Assembly (NCBI RefSeq): GCF_039654945.1
Contig: NW_027361681.1
Location: 8,680,001 to 8,744,000 of the forward strand
Length of the DNA stretch: 64,000 bases
Direction: 5' to 3'
From: Dendrobates tinctorius
Taxonomy: Eukaryota
The position numbers and the translations under genes are program-made. Under the pieces are notes generated by a model. It was not told the DNA's origin. It ran no database searches and worked only from the letters and a program-made list of their open reading frames with translations. This document shows, piece after piece, positions 1 to 38,600 of the stretch. Within the stretch, counting starts at the first letter, position 1, and each line of letters begins with the position of its first letter.

Positions 1-1837
1 TGGGCCATTTTTCCATCGCTGGTCTCCCACTGGCCAGCACGCATCGTTGCGTGTGGCAGTGAGAGACCAGCTATCAGCGACGCTGGTTTCCAAGGTAAAC
101 TTCGGGTATTCAGGAGTCGCGCAGCTCTTAGATACCCGATGTTTACATTAGAAACCAGCGTCGCTGGTCCTGATCGCTGGAGGGGCTGTCTTGTGACAGC
201 TCACCAGCGATCAGCCTAACGATGTCCCAGCGATCCCATCATGTCAGATCGTTGGTGGGATCGCTGGGACATCGTTATGTGTAACGGGGCCGTTACTCCC
301 AAAAGGTGCTTTTACCCAAAATCCAGCCTATAACCATGAGGCTTCTATGCACATGCAATCTTAAACATTTTGTGCAAAGACCATTTTAGGGTGGAGAAAT
401 CAACATACTGATCTCCTACTGATGGCAGTCAGCACGGTCTTGAGCTTTGTAGGCTTATAGGAAAAAGACTGAATGAGAAGGAGACAAAAATACAGCATCC
501 TCAATCATCCTTACAAAAACATCTTTTCACATGTAAGACAGAAACGCACAATGTAGTATAGATATTCCAGGTCACTGGAAATCCACAAAAACTCCCAGTT
601 TGTGTGAAAGAGGTTAACAATATTATGAAAATGGAAAACATGATTTCACATGATGACAATTGCCTCTAAGCTTTTCATCGCCAACGGACATGTTGGATAT
701 TATTCAGTGAGGGGAATGACCTGGCAATCTGGTTGTGAATTCTTTTTCACCAACGTTTGAGGCGCTGTCTTTTCTACTTTTTGGTATGGACTTTTTTTTC
801 CAGGATGAACTCCCTGGATGTGACTTGTGTCTTACTTAGTGTCCTGTAGGACTCTGGCTATATGAGGTGCGGTTTAACTTATAATTTTTGATTGACTGGA
901 AATCTGGTTGTCCGCAAATAATACTTAAAAGACAACATCGTGGTAGATGTGTTCTCTGAAGTGCTGATTTCAATAAGTAGTGTGTTGTTTTTTTTTTCCT
1001 TTTGTCCCCCCACCTCCTTTTTCTTCCCATCCTTTCTGCTTTACATGCCTCTAGCACCCACATCATTTGTTACATTGCAGAGCATATATTAATGCCTCAT
1101 CAAGCTGGTTATACTTATATTCTAATGTTCAACAATAATATTAATATGTCAACTTTATTGTCATTATTGAACACAATTGGAATGTACCGTTTTCATATCA
1201 ATGTTAACACAAAAAATATTTAATGTAAAAAATGCAGTACAGTGTGTCCATATTTATACCTTTCATGCTACTTTAGAACTTAATAGACCACAATGGATAC
1301 AAGTATACAAAAAAAAACAAAAAAAAAAACCTTTAGTCTTCTATTTTCTTGTGTTACACTAAGGATTTTTCTGCCTCCTTGCACTGAATGTAATTCCTTG
1401 CTCGAGGTCTCTGGAACTCATGGCACAACAATATCCAGCAAATAGCATTTGTGAGCCATAAAATGAGCCATTCTGTCACTCATTAGTAGAGGTAGACGAC
1501 ATGGCATGTGGTCAGATTTTATACACTGGGGTTGGGGTATCGGATCCTATACAGTGAACCGGATGTTATCCGCATGTGGGGGGTGTCAGTATGGCCGGAC
1601 CTTATGCACTGGACTGGTAACGTGGTTGGACATTATATACCGAGGGGAGAGCGGAGCAGTGGGACCCAACTTCATACGCCAGGGGGCAGAGAGGCTGGAC
1701 GATAAAGCTGTATCTATAGTTGTACAGACTGCGGAGCCCTATGGAGCACAGTTTGTTTTGTTGTGGTCCCAGTGACACTGTGTGCAGATGAAGACACAAT
1801 GAGTGGCTCTAAGAAGCTGCCATCAACAATCAAAACC

Positions 1838-1843
1838 TTTATT
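1838..1843 (-). terminator. Probable SURF2 polyadenylation signal AATAAA
   Basis: tttatt on plus, about 40 nt past the SURF2 stop codon. Confidence 0.65.
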
Positions 1844-1884
1844 ACACTATCTGACACACATTATAAGTAGCAAATTGACGGGGC

Positions 1885-9332
<7,448 letters not shown>

Positions 9333-9529
9333 GCTGTCACCACGTGAAGCCTCTGCTTCCTGCAGCCAATCACAGAGCAGACCTCATGAGGCCGCCATTA
9401 TTCCCTCCGCGCTCTGCAATATGACTCTCCGCGGCCTCCGTCCTCACGCTGACTGGTTTCTATGGTTTCCACAGCTCATTTGTCTCGGAAGTTCTGCAGC
9501 CTCACGTGATACAGGAAGCCGGAGCCGCC
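9333..9529. promoter_or_regulatory. SURF2/SURF1 bidirectional promoter
   Basis: 197 bp between divergent ATGs; CACGTG at 9341 and 9503, CCAAT at 9366, YY1-like GCCGCCATT at 9391, ETS-like CGGAAGT at 9486. The mammalian Surf1/Surf2 promoter is a known TATA-less bidirectional YY1/ETS promoter. Confidence 0.85.
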
Positions 9530-27390
<17,861 letters not shown>

Positions 27391-27757
27391 TAATGTCCCT
27401 AGGGATCACAGTTGGTGGACAGATCTGCTGTAACGAGGTGGAGGGGGTGATATGACGACGTAACTCATGAACTGCTGTCTGAAAACCACTGAATGATGAG
27501 CCTTCAGGAGTACGATCTGGAGCCCCGTAAGGACGGAGAGACAGCAGTGCCCGTGCGTGTGATGGCGGAGTCAGGACAGACACACTGATCTGGGCATGTT
27601 AGTCATTTTCGGCCCACCGCCATCAAATCCAAGCTGCATGTTTAACCCCACCAGCCCAGTGAATAATCAGACACTCGGTTATTCTATTTTTAATCTGACA
27701 TTTATTTCAATTGTCTCTTTTTTTTGTTTATGGGGTCGGTGCAGGAAGCCTCCAGTT

Positions 27758-27763
27758 AATAAA
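27758..27763 (+). terminator. Probable SURF1 polyadenylation signal
   Basis: AATAAA about 370 nt after the stop, followed by T/GT-rich sequence. Confidence 0.6.
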
Positions 27764-28781
27764 TGTTTTTTCTGGTTGCAGTGAGAGCTGGGGTGTTGTG
27801 TGTGTGTGACTGGAGCTGAGCATTACGCTGCTAATCTCGGAATTAAAAAGTGCAGGCCGGCTCTATGATGTCCCCCTCGCAGGATGGGGGGTATTGCTGC
27901 TCCTTCTCTAGCACACAGACAGGGGCTGCTGTATAAAGGACAGTATGCAGCAAACCTGGGCTGCACCCGTGACCTGGGTCTCGCACTGCAGAGTGCTAGT
28001 TTCCACAGATTTAATAGATGTAACCTGACACTGCAGTTTTTTACAGTTTTCTCGCAGTCTGGTGGGATTTCAGCTGATTTTCCAAGTGGCTAGTGAATTT
28101 AAGAGGTGGGGGTGGGAAGAAGTGGCTCATAAGTGGAGGAAGAGAAAGATTTTTCTGATAAAGTTACAAAGATATTTCTGTTCTCCTGTAATATTGATTT
28201 ATGCAAAGTTTGTTGAAATTAGAATGACCATTCATCCCACAACCCTGTGTCTAAAGGGATCCTGTCTTGTTGAACATGGTGTCTGACCTGCAGGGAGGAT
28301 GTTACCGGGCAGGAGGAGATGATCAGATCAATAGATATGTGGGAAAAGGTTCATTAAAAGTTGTAGGTTATTAATTTAAATCCCAAGTATATGTATGCAG
28401 GAGTCCAGGGGCAGCTCTACTCGGTGAATGACAGTCTTCCCTGTATGTCTATGCATGCAGTGATAGTAATCAATGACTAGCAGGACCGCCCACTGGACTC
28501 ACCCATGTACCTGGGATCTCAATTAATAAACTGCAAGTTTTCCTGAATCATCTTTTCCCAGAAGCCTCTCCATCATTCTGCTCAATTTCTCCTATCTCCG
28601 CGCTCCACAGTTCGGGCTGCATGTACAACGTGATCGCTTCCCTTTTAGTAAAGGTATTGCACCACATGCACACCATACTCTCGAGTATTTTGGTTTAGTA
28701 AATCTGCCCCTTTGCGTCAGATAGGTCCCTCTCAGCCACAGCCTGATATCTGCAGACGGTGGGAAAAGTATGCATTTCTAA

Positions 28782-30600
28782 GGCTAGGTTCACCCATGTT
28801 TACGCATGACGTAAAAAAAGCTGCGTTTGTATGCGTTTTTGCATGCATTTGCGTTGTTTATGCTCATGCGTTTGATATGACATCAGACAAAAATTGGCGT
28901 GTCTCATGGGATTTCTATATGTATTTTGAATAACGCATGCGTATTTAACGTATGCATGTCCTTGCGTACACATGCGTTCCCATTGACAGTTATGCTTTTT
29001 TTACGCACTCATGCGCATGCCTGCGCATATTTGACGGCTTTTTGACTCCTCAAAAAATGCAACATGTTGCGTTTGCCGGACACCGCCTGTTTTGCCAAGT
29101 CAAAGTGACAGGGCGGGTACGCCTTTACTTACAGAACGCTCACTAATATACGAATTAGGCTCACTGAATACAGTTTTATGGCAAAACAATAATGTAACAA
29201 TTTATTAAGATTACATCAGGATAATGCTAAATTATGGAATGGCAAATATAATAGTACCCTGTTTTGTTTACATAGAGAAATAAGCATCAATACATTACCA
29301 AGTAGTATTGCAACATCACTTCTCCTCTGGAGGGACCACAGTGTCAAATGAGAAGGAAATACTCTGGTCTTGTCATCACAGAAACCGTGCACCCACGATA
29401 GCTTCTGGAAATGTCCCTCCCTCACTGAACTGGGTCCACCTTTTTATACACAACACCCCCACATTACATTTGTGCAGTATGTTTACGCTGAATCATCAGT
29501 CTTGAAATTGCACAAGACCTCAAGGTCTGTTTGTTATACAGTAGAGTACTATAATCTTAGTTTGTTTGAGATTCGTTTGTCATTAGCATGTCTCTTAACA
29601 ATAGCACAATGTTTTGCTACTGATTATAACCCAGGCTCTGTTTGCCTCTGGTCAACTTGTCAAAGTTGTCTATCATTGTTCAAAGTTCAACATATGTTGC
29701 TTGTTACAAAGATAACTATTCATGCTCATAGCATAATGCTCTAAGATGGGCAGCATGACTTCCATAATCACCTATTCTGAAAACTGGATACCTATCGTAA
29801 CTCAAACACACACTCATACATGTCAAGATGTGTAACACAATCGGTCCTCGATTATTGATGTCATGCATGGCCCAATATTGCTACATGAGACCATAACATT
29901 TTGGTCTCTCTTGTCAATCGAGAATCATACTATTATTGAGCACAAGACTTCCTTGTTCAAGCAGCATAAATATTCATTATCTATACAGTTGTTATTCCTA
30001 TTGTCCTAGCTTATATGTAAGAATATACCACACAACTCTTATATTAGAATACCACACAGAATTAGTTGGAAAGCTACTTTCCAATCAACCACCCCCAAGT
30101 GAAGGTATTCAGTATCTATCACTGTTTGTCAACAGGGGTCACTTGCCTGCAAATCAGGATAATGCTTTATCAATATACCCACACCATTCACTACTCTTAA
30201 AATTCAAGTAAGTCAACAGCGTACACAAAGGTTAATCTTTTCCAGTAATCCAGATTAAACATACTGTTTCAACAAGCATTGTTTTTTTGTTTTTTTTAGT
30301 ATACTAACACACAGGCTGCATTTCAATAGCCATTGCAGGTCTGACCCCATGAACTCTGGTACTGGATATGAGGCCTTCTAATGCTGACATTACAGGTTAA
30401 TTTCAATATGGACTAATCAATATATTACAATATGTAGGCTATAAGATATCCATATTTTTATTAGCACCACACCGCCGCAGACTGCAAAACGACGCATGCG
30501 TACACATCTGCAAGCAAACGCATGTCCCTGCGTACACCATGTTAAAGATGACACATGCGGATCAAACGCTGCGCGCACAGACACAAATGTGAAACCAGCC
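28782..30600. mobile_element. Harbinger-type MITE interrupted by a solo LTR
   Basis: ggctaggttcac ... gtgaaaccagcc, TAA TSD; same TIR family as 17342 and 45283. Confidence 0.75.
29088..30471 (-). mobile_element. Probable 1.38-kb solo LTR
   Basis: TGT...ACA ends, 5-bp TSD ccgcc (29083-29087, 30472-30476); on minus TATAAAA near 29445 and AATAAA near 29203 in U3-R-U5 order. Confidence 0.7.
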
Positions 30601-30770
30601 TAAGACTGTCACAATGTGGCCCTCAGTCCAGCCTCACCTGGGCTCTTCTGTGAGGGTAGGCGTTTGTGACTGTACACAGTATCGGGCAGAGTACGATCAA
30701 AAAAGGCAGTACGGGGAAACCGAGAACCAACTATCAGTCTCCTGCAGCATCTCTCATGTGACACATCTTA

Positions 30771-32822
30771 CATAGTAACATAGTAAGGCCGAAAAGACAT
30801 TTGCCCATCCAGTTCAGCCTATATTCCGTCAGAATAAATCCCCAGATCTACGTTCTTCTAAGGAACCTAATAACTGTAAGATACAACATTGTTACGCTCC
30901 AGGAAGACATCCAGGCCTCTCTTGAACCCCTCGACTGAGTTCGCCATCACCACCTCCTCAGGCAAGGAATTCCAGATTCTCACGGCCCTAACAGTAAAGA
31001 ATCCTCTTCTATGTTGGTGGAAAACCTCTCCTCCAGACACAGAGAATGCCCCTTTGTAATCGTCACATTCCTTGGTATATACAGATCCTCGGAGAGATAT
31101 ATGTATTGTCCCCTTATATACTTATACATGGTTATTAGATCGCCCCTCGGTCATCTTTTTTCTAGACTAAATAATCTTAATTTTGCTAATTTCTCTGGGT
31201 ATTGTAGTTCCCCCATCTCCTTTAATAATTTTGTTGCCCTCCTTTGTCCTCGCTCTAGCTCCATTATATCCTTCCTGAGCAGCGGTGCCCAAAACTGTAC
31301 ACAGTACTCCATGTGCAGTCTAACCAGAGATTTGTACAGAGGCAGTATAATGCTCTCATCATGTGTATCCAGACCTCTTTTAATGCACCCCATGATCCTG
31401 TTTGCTTGGCAGTCGCTGCCTGGCACTGGCTGCTCCAGGTAAGTTTATCATTAACTAGGATCCCCAGGTCCTTCTCAATGTCAGATTTACCCAGCGGTTT
31501 CCTGTTCAGTGAGTAATGGTGATATTGATTCCTTCTTCCCATGTGTATAACCTAACATTTATCAATGTTTTACCACATCTGCCACCTTTCGGCCCAAGTT
31601 CCCAACTTATCCAGATCCATCTGTAGCAGAATACTATCTTCTCTTGTATTGACTGCTTTACATAGTTTTGTATCATCTGCAAATATCGATATTTTACTGT
31701 GCAAACCTTCTACCAGCTCGTTAATAAATATTTTGAAGAGAATAGGTCCCAACGCCGACCCCTGCGGTACCCCACTGGTCACTGCCACCCAGTTAGAGAA
31801 TATACCATTTATAACCACCCTCTGCTTTCTATCACTAAGTCAGTTACTTACCCATTTACACACATTTTCCCCCAGACCCAGCATTCTCATTTTGTGTACC
31901 AACCTCTTGTGTGGCACGGTATCAAACGCTTTGGAAAAATCTAGATATACCACATCCAATGACTCACCTTGGTCCAGTCTATAGCTTACCTCTTCATAAA
32001 AAATGATTAGATTGGTTTGACAGGAGCGATTCCTCATAATCCCATGCTGATATGGCGTAACACAGTTATTCTCATTGAGATAATCCAGAATAACATCCCT
32101 CAGAAACCCTTCAAATATTTTACCAACAATAGAGATTAGACTTGCTGGCCTATAATTTCCAAGTTCACTTTTAGAGCCCTTTTTGAATATTGGTACCACA
32201 TTTGCTATGCGCCAGTCCTGTGGAACAGACCCCGTCGCTATAGAGTCCCTAAATGTAAGAAATAATGGTTTGTCTATTACATTACTTAGTACTCGTGGGT
32301 GTATGCCATCCGGACCCGGAGATTTATCTATTTTAATCTTATTTAGCTGGTTTTGCACCTCTTCTTGGGTTAGATTGGTGACCCTTAATATAGGGTTTTC
32401 TTTGTGTCTCGGCATTTCACCTAGCATTTCATTTTCCCCTGTGAATACCGTGGAGAAGAAGGTGTTTAATATATTAGCTTTTTCCTCTCCATTCTTTCCT
32501 CACAATTTTTTAAGAGGTCTACACTTTCACTTTTGATTGTTTTACTATTGATATAGTTGAAGAACAGCTTGGGATTAGTTTTACTCACCTTAGCAATGTG
32601 CTTCTCTGTTTCCTTTTTGGCAGCTTTAATTAGTTTTTTAGATAAAGTATTTTTCTCCCTGTAGTTTTTTAGAGCTTCAATGGTACCATCCTGCTTTAGT
32701 AGTTTAAATGTTTTTTTTTTACTGTTAATTGCCCCTCTTATTACTTAGTTTAGCCACATTGGGTTTTTCCTATTTCTTGTCCTTGTATTACCACAAGGTA
32801 TAAACCGCTTACAGTGCCTATT
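30771..32822 (-). mobile_element. 5'-truncated CR1 LINE ORF2 fragment
   Basis: KSPGPDGIHP, NYRPASL, YLDFSKAFDTVPH, SGVPQGS.LGP, FADDTKL, EYCVQFW; frameshifted; 3' tail of 8-bp repeats (catagtaa)2. Confidence 0.92.
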
Positions 32823-33984
32823 ATGGGACAGTAATCCCATGAAAGACCTGGGGGCCACATTGTTCTATGGTCCCAGCAGGTTCACCGGCTGCTATGAGCC
32901 TATCCTTAGAAGTGCACCTGACCCCAGAGTCTCCTAGTGCCAAGGTCATGATTGTGGCTTGTCAGTGAATCGCTGGCTCTACTTCATTGTCGTTGGTGAA
33001 AGGTTCTGTTCACACATTGCAAAAATATTACCATACAACCAGCTTTGTAATCCAGGCGCAAATCTTAGCTCAAAGTTGTAACTTGTTGGTTAGCTGTGGA
33101 CTTCACTATTACACTGCGTGCAATCCACCAAGAAAACCTGCAATTCTGAAGCCGAAATGTCCTGTCCAGCCAGCCTACATGACCAGTAACCCTCACTGTG
33201 AACGTTGCCTCGTCTCTTAGAAGGCTGGCATAGACCATACTTAATTTGGTCTTTCCCCACTGCCTTTCATTTTTTGGTCTGGAGCCTGTGACATAAGGTT
33301 CTTGGTGTAACAAGGTTACAACCGGACACAGGATTGTGAGGAGGAGATGGAGCCAGATTCATCGTGGCTGGCTTTTGTATGCCAGTCTTGATGAACAGAG
33401 CACTGAAGTAAGCGCACCTCTCACCTAGTGTGTGATTCACTGACCGCCGCCATCTTTGTACAGAACATGAGGGAAGAAGACGGCACAGTGGTGGAGAGAG
33501 AGAGCAGACAAGGGGGAGAGCACATGGGGTACACAGGTCCAAGAAGAGATGACATGAGAAGACAGCAGATGGGGAAAGACAAAACGCACAGGGGTGAGAG
33601 AGACAGAGCACAGGTGGGGGAGACAGCTCAAACAGGACAGTACATGAGGGGAGAACACAGGAAGGAGAGACAGCAAACAAGGGGGATAGCACATGAGGTA
33701 GACAGGTCAAACAAGAGAACACAGACAGGAGAAGTCTTTTGTGGGCTATTTAAACCTCTTACATTTAAGGAGAGAAACTTGGTCTCCATCTTATTAATTA
33801 CCTCTCAAGCAGTCAGTATTAAGCACTCAATCTGTAGAACAGAATACACTGAGTTAGGTGGGTGAAACTACAGGCAGTAAAAGGAGTTTAAACAGCTAAT
33901 ACTATCAAACAATAAAGAATAAGGTAAAGTACACTATTACACGTACACAATTAAAAGTACAATTGTAAAGTTGACAAAAGAACT

Positions 33985-35163
33985 CCAGGTGATGCCAAGT
34001 TGGCAAGTGGCACTCACCACTTAGGAAAGTTCTGGCCCAAGGTCCTACAAGAGAATGCTGATGACAATAAAAAGGAACTGAATAGAGCAAATATCAGCTT
34101 TCATGGACCATCAAAATTGAGCAGGCCACTACATAACCAATTTTGTAGGACTGGAGCAAAGATTTTGCTCATTTGCTGGCGTGTTTAGGTTCGCTGTTTT
34201 GTTGAAACACCCATTTCAAGGACACATCCTCTTCAGCGTCAGGCAATATGATACACAAACTTGTCCATTATCCCTGCTATGCGGTAAATAGGTCCGACAC
34301 CATAGTAAGAGAAACCTGTCTATATCATGATGCTTGCACCACCATGTGTCACTGTCTTCAGAGTGTACTGTGGCTTGAATGCAGAGTTTGGGGGTCGTCT
34401 GATGAACTGTCTGCGGCCCTTGGACCCAAAAACAACAATTTTACTTTCATCAGTCCACAAAATGTTTCTCCATTTCTCTTTAGGCCAGTTTGGCAAATTG
34501 TATCCGCTTCAGTACATGTCTTTTTAACAGTGGGACTTTGCGGGGACTTCTTGCTAAGAGATTAGCGTCACACAGGCGTCTTCTGTCACAGTACTCACAG
34601 GTAACTTGAGGCTGTCTGTGATCATCCTGGAGCTGATCACTGGCTGAGCCTTTGCCATTCTGGCTATTCTTCCATCCCTTTGAATGGTAGTCTTCTGTTT
34701 TCTTCCACCTCTCTCTGGTTTGGCTTTCCATTTTAAAGCACTGGAGATCATTGTAGCTGAACAGCCGATCATTGTCTGCACTTCTTTATAAGTTTTACCT
34801 TCTCCAATCAACTTTTTATTTAGAAGAACAGCGTACTGTGATTAATGTCTTGAACGACCCATATTTCTCTGGCTTTCAAGGAGAAATGCATGTACAACAT
34901 GTCCTGGCTTCACCCTTACATAAGGGCACCTGACTCACACCTGTTTCTTCACAGAATGACTGACCTCACTGATTGATCTCCACACTGCTATTATTGTGAA
35001 CACTACCCCCTCTAATACACAGACTCCAAAACCTGCAGATCATGAATGTGGAGTCCGTTGGTTTTCTTAGAATCTACTGCACCAACCGGTAATATAATGT
35101 ATACCAAAAATAGTGATTAATCTGGTTAGTCATATTGGACTGCTATTATTTTGAACACTACTG
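33985..35163 (-). mobile_element. Degenerate, truncated Tc1-like element
   Basis: TIR end ...ttttgaacactactg|ta; remnants GKTYKEVQTMIGCS, ARSPRKVPLL, WTDESKI, QDNGQ on minus; left boundary approximate. Confidence 0.75.
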
Positions 35164-35627
35164 TACATGAGTATAGCAGGGAAGGGATTGTGGTATTAAC
35201 TATTGTACAGTATATGTAAGAACACAACAAAAATCTCTATATATAAAACTGTGTGTGTATCACCAACCAATCACGAAGCATCTTTCATTTCACCCCAGAG
35301 CTGTTCAAAAGAAGCTGAGCTGTGATTGGTTGCTATGAGCAACAGTTTTCCTTGCAACCAATCACTAAGCATCTCTCATTTTACCAGAGCTGGTTAAAAG
35401 AAGCTGAGCTGTCATTGGTTGCTATGAGCATGTTTTCCCACTTGACAACACATCAGCAGACACTGACATGGTGGGAGAAATCTAGTATCCCTGGGACCAT
35501 AAGCTCCCAGCCATTGTCTGCCCCCCAGAAAGGAGCAGAGAAGAGAACACATGACAGAAATGAATCCCCCCCCCTCCCGTGCCCATATCCCCATCACACA
35601 TCCTCTATCCTATAAGCACATCTTCCC

Positions 35628-38600
35628 TCTTAAAGGGATCATTGGTATGGAAGTCAGAGCAAATCCATCCAGCGCATTGGTTTTGAACCCATGCCTCTCT
35701 TAAAGGGATCATCGGTATGGAAGTTAGGATCATTCCACTCAGCTCTGTGGTTCTGACCCCAGGGTCTCTTAAAGGGATCATTGGTATGGAAGTGAAGGCA
35801 AATCCACTTTGCGCTTTGTTACTGACCCCAGGCCTTTCTTAAAGGGATCTCTGATATGGAAGTCAGGGCAAATCCATCCAGCGCTTTGGTTCTGATCCCA
35901 GGCCTCTCTTAAAGAGTATAGAAGTCAGGGCAATTGCCTTCAAATGCTCTGGTACTGACCCCAAGCTCACTTAAAGGGATCTCCTGTATGGAAGTTAGAG
36001 TAAATCCCTCAGCACTCTGATTCTGACCCCAGGGTTCTATTAAAGGGATCATTGGTATGCAAGTCAGGGCAAATCCACTCAGCGCTCTGGTTCTGACCCC
36101 AAGCCCCTCTTAAAGGGATCCCTGGTATGGAAGTGAGGGCAAGTCCACTCTCCGCTTTGGTACTGACTCCAGGCCTCTCAACCCCTTCACGACCAAAGAC
36201 GCCACTTAGGCATCATGAAAACCTGTGCCATTATGACCAGTGACGCTTATGTGGCGTCATGACTTTAAAGCCCCCCCTGCGGGTCGGGTTACCGGGGTCA
36301 CAGAAAGGTCACCCGACCCGCAGATACAGGGGGCTTTGTACTTCACCACAGGGGGCGTGGCTTCGCCCCCACGTGGCTACGATCGCTCTGATTGGCTGTT
36401 AAAAGTGAAACAGCCAATCAGAGCGATAGTAATATTTCATCAATGAAAATTGATGAAATATTTCAATCCAGCCATGGCTGATGCTGCAGTAGCATCGGAC
36501 ATGGCTGGTGACACCGATCCGACCCCCCCCACCGGTTAATGGGAGCGATCTGCCCCCAGCCACTGAATGACAGCAGCGATGTGCCGCCGCTGTTATCATC
36601 TGCTCCCCCGCCTTCCCTCCGCTCCGCTCCCCCCGCCTTCTGATTACCTCCCCTCCCACTCTCCGATACCTAGAAGGAAAGGAAATAAACCCCCCTTTAT
36701 CACCCCCACAGGCAGGAACAAATAATAAAATAAAGAAATTATTTTTATTTTTCCATTAGGGTTAGGATTGGAAATATGGTTGGGGTTGGAATTAGGGTTA
36801 GCGTGGAATTAGGATTAGGGTTGGAATTAGGGTTAGGGATGTGTTGGGGTTAGGGTTGGGATTAAGGTTAGGCTTGTGGTTAGGGTTATGGTTAGGATTA
36901 GGGGTGGGTTAGGGGTGGGATTAGGGTTAGGGATGTGTTGGGGTTAGGGCTGTGGTTATTGGTGTGTTGGGGTTAGAATTGAGGGGTTTCCACTGTTTAG
37001 GCACATCAGGGGGTCTCCAAACGCGACATGGTGCAACCATTGATTCCAGCCAATTTTGCGTTCAAAATGTCAAACGGTGCTCCCTCCCTTCCAAGCCCCG
37101 ACGTGTGCCCAGTGGTTTACCCCAACATATGGGGTATCAGCGCACTCAGGAAAAATTGCACAACAACTTTGGGGCTCTAATGTCTCCTGTTACCCTTGGT
37201 AAAATAAAAAATTGGGGGCTAAAAAATTATTTTTGTGGAAAAAATTTTTTTTTAATTTTCATGTCTCTGCGTTATAAACTTCTGTGAAGCACTTGGGGGT
37301 TCAAAGTGCTCACCAGACATCTAGATAAGTTCCTTGGAAGGTCTAGTTTCCAAAATGGGGTCACTTGTGGGGGGTTTCTACTGTTTAGGCACATCAGGGG
37401 CTCTGCAAACGTAACGACAACCGCAGACCATTCCATTAAAGTCTGCATTTCAAAACGTCACTACTTCCATTCTGAGCCCTTACGTGTGCCCAAACAATGG
37501 TTTCCCCCCATATATGGGGTACCAGCGTACTCAGGACAAACTGGACAACTTTTGGGGTCCAATTTCTCTTGTTACCCTTGTGAAAATAAAAATTTGTGAG
37601 CTAAAAAATCATTTTTTGAGGAAAAAAATGATTTTTTATTTTCACAGCTTTGCGTTATAAACTTCTGTGAAGCCCTTGGTGGTTCAAAGTGCTCACCATA
37701 CATCTAGATAAGTTCCTTGGGGGGTCTAGTTTCCAAACTGGGTTCACTTGTGGGGGGTTTCTACTGTTTAGGCACATCAGGGGCTCTGCAAATGTAACAT
37801 GACGCCCGCAGACCATTCAATCAAAGTCAGCATTTCATAATGTCACTCCTTCCCTTCCGAGCCCCGACGTGTGCCCAAACAGTGGTCCCCCCCACATATG
37901 GGGTACTTGCGTACTCAGGACAAACTGGACAACAACTTTTTGTGTCCAATTTCTCCTAGTACCCTTGTGAAATTAAAAAATTGCGCACTAAAAAATTATT
38001 TTGAGGGAAAAAAATATTTTTTATTTTCATGGCTCTGCGTTATAAACTTTTGTGAAGCACTTGGGGGTTCAAAGTGCTCACTATGCAACTAGATAAGTTC
38101 CTTAGGGGGTCTAGTTTCCAAAATGGGGTCATTTGTGGAGGGGCTCCAATGTTTAGACACACAGGGGCTCTCCAAACACAACATGGTGTCCACTAATGAT
38201 TAGAGGTAATTTTCATTTCAAAAAGTCAAATGGTGCTCCTTCCCTTCTGAGCCCTGCCGTGCGCCCAAACAGTGGCACCCCCTCACATATTGGGTACCAG
38301 CGTACTCAGGACAAACTGGACAACAACTTTTGTGGTCCAATTTCTCCTGTTAGCCATGTGAAAATAAAAAATAGCGTGCTAAAAAACATTTTTGAGGAAA
38401 AAAAATTATTTTTTATTTTCATTGCTCTGTGTTATAAACTTTTGTGAAGCACTTGAGGGGTTCAAAGTGCTCACTACACATCTAGATAAGTTCCATAAGG
38501 GGTCTAGTTTCCAAAATGGTGTCACTTGTGGGGGAGCTCCAATGTTTAGGTACACAGAGGCTCTCCAAACGCGACATGGTGTCCGATAATGATTGGAGCT

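Noticed and set aside
300-1800. SURF4 last exon or 3' UTR expected by synteny
   Set aside because: AT-rich and UTR-like, but no SURF4 coding sequence is recognisable; cannot be supported.
36757-36975. True telomere or chromosome-fusion scar
   Set aside because: Short, degenerate, one orientation, and enclosed by transposon TIRs.
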